A stretch of 64,000 bases of DNA, taken from an uncultured Clostridia bacterium (lineage in GTDB: Bacteria > Bacillota > Clostridia > Christensenellales > Borkfalkiaceae). The stretch spans positions 220 through 64,219 of the forward strand of contig CANPBT010000004.1 in NCBI GenBank assembly GCA_947572415.1. The letters are read 5' to 3'. The position numbers were made by a program, and so were the translations under genes. The notes under the pieces were generated by a model. That model was not told the origin of the DNA. It saw only the letters and a list, made by a program, of their open reading frames with translations, and ran no database searches. Below are positions 63,636-64,000 of this stretch, piece after piece (within the stretch, counting starts at the first letter, position 1; each line of letters starts with the position of its first letter).

Positions 63636-64000
63636 ATGAAAGTAATTTTATACACATTTTCCGGCACGGGCAACACGCTCAAGGTTGCCGCACTGATAAA
63701 AAAATATATGAATGCGGACGTTACCGTTTACCGCGTTTCCGCAAAAAGCGGAAACGCGCCCGACGCGTCGGGCTTTGACCTTATCGGACTGGGCTATCCC
63801 ATACACGCGTTCAACGCGCCCGAACCCATTTTGAAATTTGCCGAAAGTCTGCCGGAAGTTGCATACAGGCGGGCTTTCATTTTCAAAACCTCTGGCGAGG
63901 GATTGCATCTTAACGACTGCTCATCGCAAAAATTGATTCAGATAGTGCGGAAAAAAGGTTACGACGTAACGCTTGAAAGGCACGTGGTTATGCCTTACAA
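63636..64000 (+). CDS. Flavodoxin-like / EFR1-type protein, 5' part (gene runs off the right edge)
   Basis: Not in the ORF track. ATG at 63636. The frame is open to the window end. It starts MKVILYTFSGTGNTLKVA, a flavodoxin-like phosphate-binding loop. Confidence 0.6.
   Translation, partial: MKVILYTFSGTGNTLKVAALIKKYMNADVTVYRVSAKSGNAPDASGFDLIGLGYPIHAFNAPEPILKFAESLPEVAYRRAFIFKTSGEGLHLNDCSSQKLIQIVRKKGYDVTLERHVVMPY

Noticed and set aside
1-64000. CRISPR arrays, rRNA or tRNA genes, IS elements, integrases, reverse transcriptases.
   Set aside because: I found no regularly spaced short repeats, no rRNA- or tRNA-like conserved blocks other than the tmRNA, and no ORF with recombinase, transposase or RT motifs in either strand's ORF set.

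Overview
Chromosomal window from a Clostridia-like Firmicute, judged from tig-clpP-clpX-lon-engB synteny, rnfCDGEAB gene order and CotF/SpoIIID-type sporulation genes. It has two compositional compartments.

(1) nt 1 to ~12780 is strongly AT-rich accessory DNA, all coded on the minus strand. Single 60-nt lines counted by hand give about 28% GC here against about 50% in the rest. It holds a surface-polysaccharide operon: NeuD/PglD-like acetyltransferase, PglC-like phosphoglycosyl transferase, SDR epimerase, GT4 glycosyltransferase, an unknown protein, an EpsG/Wzy-like polymerase, a Wzx flippase, and a partial gene at the left edge. Upstream of the operon lies a 5.1-kb cassette bracketed by ~55-nt imperfect direct repeats. 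The cassette carries (a) an AAA/DUF4143-type ATPase with a PD-(D/E)xK-like tail, (b) a 4-TM protein ending in an HRDC domain, and (c) a frameshifted nuclease gene with multiple zinc ribbons, a PD-(D/E)xK core and NUMOD-like modules. The right-hand repeat is the 3' end of a 42-codon SpoIIID-like HTH remnant.

(2) nt ~12780 to 64000 is core genome. It contains:
- engB-lon-clpX-clpP-tig and rqcH.
- An rnfCDGEAB operon whose RnfG has three FMN-bind domains, two of them a 278/280-identical tandem duplication. It is flanked by a Gx-transporter, a NusG-II protein, ApbE and a PplA-like lipoprotein with two FMN-bind domains.
- A MacB-like ABC fusion, gltX, degV, an LMW-PTP and a LOG protein.
- An XRE switch with three 12-bp operators, next to an orphan promoter-terminator unit that is an sRNA candidate.
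- An Opp-type importer in which every component is expanded (OppD is 741 aa).
- A 1099-aa transglutaminase-like surface protein.
- A tmRNA (ssrA) that the ORF track cannot show.
- fruK-PPTase-mtnN-luxS-ung-apgM, a CotF-like pair, and an SDR/zinc-ribbon fusion.

I saw no rRNA, tRNA, CRISPR array, integrase or transposase. All family assignments are motif and pattern recognition by eye, with family names recalled from memory. No searches or computations were run.
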